Shown: one piece after another, positions 62,310 through 64,000 of the stretch
How positions within the stretch are numbered: the stretch's first letter is position 1
How the letters are laid out: every line of letters begins with the position of its first letter
Virus record (IMG/VR): IMGVR_UViG_3300045988_127716
Location: 30,446 to 94,445 of that record
DNA length: 64,000 bases
Reading direction: 5' to 3' (one strand)
Origin: a virus
Translations under genes and position numbers: made by a program
Notes under the pieces: model-generated
Databases searched by the model: none
Told to the model about the DNA's origin: nothing
What the model saw: the letters and a program-made list of their open reading frames with translations, nothing else

Positions 62310-63440
62310 ATGATCTCTGAAGAAGTATTAAATAAATTTGAAATAATACCAGACTATGATTCAGTTGAATGTAAGGAAATAGATGATGAAACTTACTTTA
62401 GCTCAGAATATAGAAATTATATATCTAATTCTAAGTTAAAATTAATCAATCCAGATGAGGGAGGATCTTTTGAAACATACCTAAAAGGTTTACAATCTAC
62501 TTCATCTACATCACTCTCAGTAGGAACTGCAGTTCATGAAGTTATTCTTCAAGAAGAGAATTTCGAAATCTCTGATCAACTAAAACCAACTGCAAAAGCT
62601 GGAATGATGATTGATAGAATCTTCTATTACCGAAATAAGAAAAATGAAAAAGGAAAATATTGCTACAAAATAGGTGAATCTATTATATTTGCATCAGAAG
62701 ATGTTGGATATTATACTAATCAATTAACTAAAAAGAGGTTAGAGGCTCTACTAAAAAGTGGTTGGGATTATTATAAATATCTAAGAAGATTGCAATCTTT
62801 TAAACCTTCTAAAGAACAGATTGTATTAGATAAGACCACTAGACCAATTGTATTATCTTGTATAGAACAGTTAAGAAGGAATGAAGATGCAATGAATCTA
62901 TTACGTCCTGATGCCTTCAACTTTATGGGATATGATATAATCAATAGAAATGAAGATGCAATATTTATTAATGTAACAGTTAAGTTTCCTAATAGTTTAA
63001 CTGATCCAAATGCAGAAATAGTTTCTCAAGATCTAGCATTAAAGATCAAAATAGACAACTGGAGCATAGATTTAGATAACAAATATTTAACACTTAATGA
63101 TTTAAAGACTACCGGAAAGGCTGTTTATATGTTTCCTGGAAGTATTAGAAATGAAACTGGAGAATTCTTAGAAGGATCATTCCAACATTATCATTACTAT
63201 CGCCAGATGGGCATGTATATATGGGTTTTAAGGCAGTATGTAAAAAGAGAGTTTAATATAGATTTAAAGGAATTTACTACAAACCTAAATATGATTGTAG
63301 TATCAACAGTTCCCAATTATTCTACTTCCGTCTTTAGAGTAACTAATGAATGGGCAGAGAAAGGTTTTGAGGAATTTGCAAAACTCTTGAAATATGCAGC
63401 TTATGCTGAATATAATAGAGAGAAATTATTAAAAGAATAA
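62310..63440 (+). CDS. putative PD-(D/E)XK-family exonuclease (YqaJ/lambda-Exo-like)
   Basis: 376 aa. Conserved acidic residues followed by …LTLNDLKTTGK… are consistent with a D…(D/E)xK core. Position next to an ATPase and primase fits a recombination exonuclease. Weak. Confidence 0.3.
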   Translation: MISEEVLNKFEIIPDYDSVECKEIDDETYFSSEYRNYISNSKLKLINPDEGGSFETYLKGLQSTSSTSLSVGTAVHEVILQEENFEISDQLKPTAKAGMMIDRIFYYRNKKNEKGKYCYKIGESIIFASEDVGYYTNQLTKKRLEALLKSGWDYYKYLRRLQSFKPSKEQIVLDKTTRPIVLSCIEQLRRNEDAMNLLRPDAFNFMGYDIINRNEDAIFINVTVKFPNSLTDPNAEIVSQDLALKIKIDNWSIDLDNKYLTLNDLKTTGKAVYMFPGSIRNETGEFLEGSFQHYHYYRQMGMYIWVLRQYVKREFNIDLKEFTTNLNMIVVSTVPNYSTSVFRVTNEWAEKGFEEFAKLLKYAAYAEYNREKLLKE

Positions 63441-63444
63441 CATC

Positions 63445-63843
63445 ATGGAAAAAGAAGAATTGAATGAATACAGGATTAATGATGCCTGTAATAGTTTTAA
63501 TTTACTTACCTATGATGAGAAGAAGGCTTTTATAAATAGAACATTTGGATTTAGATTACTAACAGTTCCTGATTTAGATAATAGATTAGTGTTGGTATCT
63601 TTATTAAATGCAATATTTAGGGCTTATAAGAAGAATCATCCAGAGGAGACAATGGATGCATTTATCCCAAAGCTTCTTAAAGATAAACTATGTGATTTAG
63701 ATAAGGAATGGTTTGTGAATTTTCTACCGTTTGCAGAATCTTTAGCAGAAGGATGTGATAAGGTTAATACATTTGGGCTAAAGACAGCAGGAGATTTTAA
63801 AAATGAAATCTGTAAGATATTAAATTTACTCCTTCCATTTTAG
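63445..63843 (+). CDS. hypothetical protein
   Basis: 132-aa ORF. Confidence 0.4.
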   Translation: MEKEELNEYRINDACNSFNLLTYDEKKAFINRTFGFRLLTVPDLDNRLVLVSLLNAIFRAYKKNHPEETMDAFIPKLLKDKLCDLDKEWFVNFLPFAESLAEGCDKVNTFGLKTAGDFKNEICKILNLLLPF

Positions 63844-63875
63844 TAGATAAATATTAATGAGTTAGATAAATCCAA

Positions 63876-63920
63876 GAAATTTAAGAAATTTTTTCTGTGA
63901 ATTTAAGAAATTTTTTCTTT
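63876..63920. repeat. tandem 19-bp direct repeat aatttaagaaattttttct x2
   Basis: Copies at 63876-63894 and 63902-63920, separated by gtgaatt, in the non-coding stretch at the window end. Confidence 0.7.
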
Positions 63921-64000
63921 AATAAAATTTGGAAAGTATGAAGATTTCCCTTATCTTTGTATCATAAAATTAAGGGAAAATATATTTATTAATTATAATA

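Noticed and set aside
1-64000. Prophage integration features (integrase, att sites) and lysogeny module
   Set aside because: No tyrosine or serine recombinase motifs were recognised in any ORF. The tRNA fragments seen are better explained by endonuclease-driven rearrangement inside the tRNA island than by att sites.

Overview
AT-rich region (roughly one-third GC by eye) that looks like part of a virulent dsDNA phage genome. Almost all genes are on the + strand; one minus-strand block lies at 4.6-7.9 kb. In order the window holds: a lysis-like cassette with a GH108 endolysin (0.3-2.5 kb); tail-fibre-like genes, one split at a G8 homopolymer (2.6-4.6 kb); a divergent minus-strand regulatory/coiled-coil block and an 800-nt repeat-bearing intergenic region (4.6-8.7 kb); a compositionally distinct small gene (8.7-9.1 kb); and a very large tRNA island (14.0-29.3 kb) with at least 28 tRNA genes. 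The island also carries two freestanding HNH endonuclease genes, orphan T-arm fragments, a conserved ACTTACAA motif and several non-canonical tRNA-like RNAs. Next comes a 610-aa protein with a C-terminal vWA domain (MIDAS motif about residue 377), here hypothesised to be Ro60/TROVE-like, immediately followed by two tRNA-like modules that look circularly permuted and so resemble bacterial YrlA Y RNAs. After that are an NfeD-like/flotillin (SPFH) membrane pair (30.0-32.9 kb), an ADP-ribosylglycohydrolase-like gene and RNase HI (35.3-36.3 kb), a complete Preiss-Handler NAD+ synthesis set (PncA, PncB, NadE, NadD) with a Nudix hydrolase and a small radical-SAM protein (39.7-45.6 kb), and nucleotide-metabolism genes (ferritin-like, two metallophosphatases, dNMP kinase). 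The window ends with a replication module: family-A DNA polymerase, SF2 helicase, a DnaB-like helicase apparently interrupted by a group I-like intron carrying a GIY-YIG endonuclease, a RecA-fold ATPase, Toprim primase, a HAD nucleotidase and a putative PD-(D/E)XK nuclease. All calls come from motif recognition by eye; no search tools were run.
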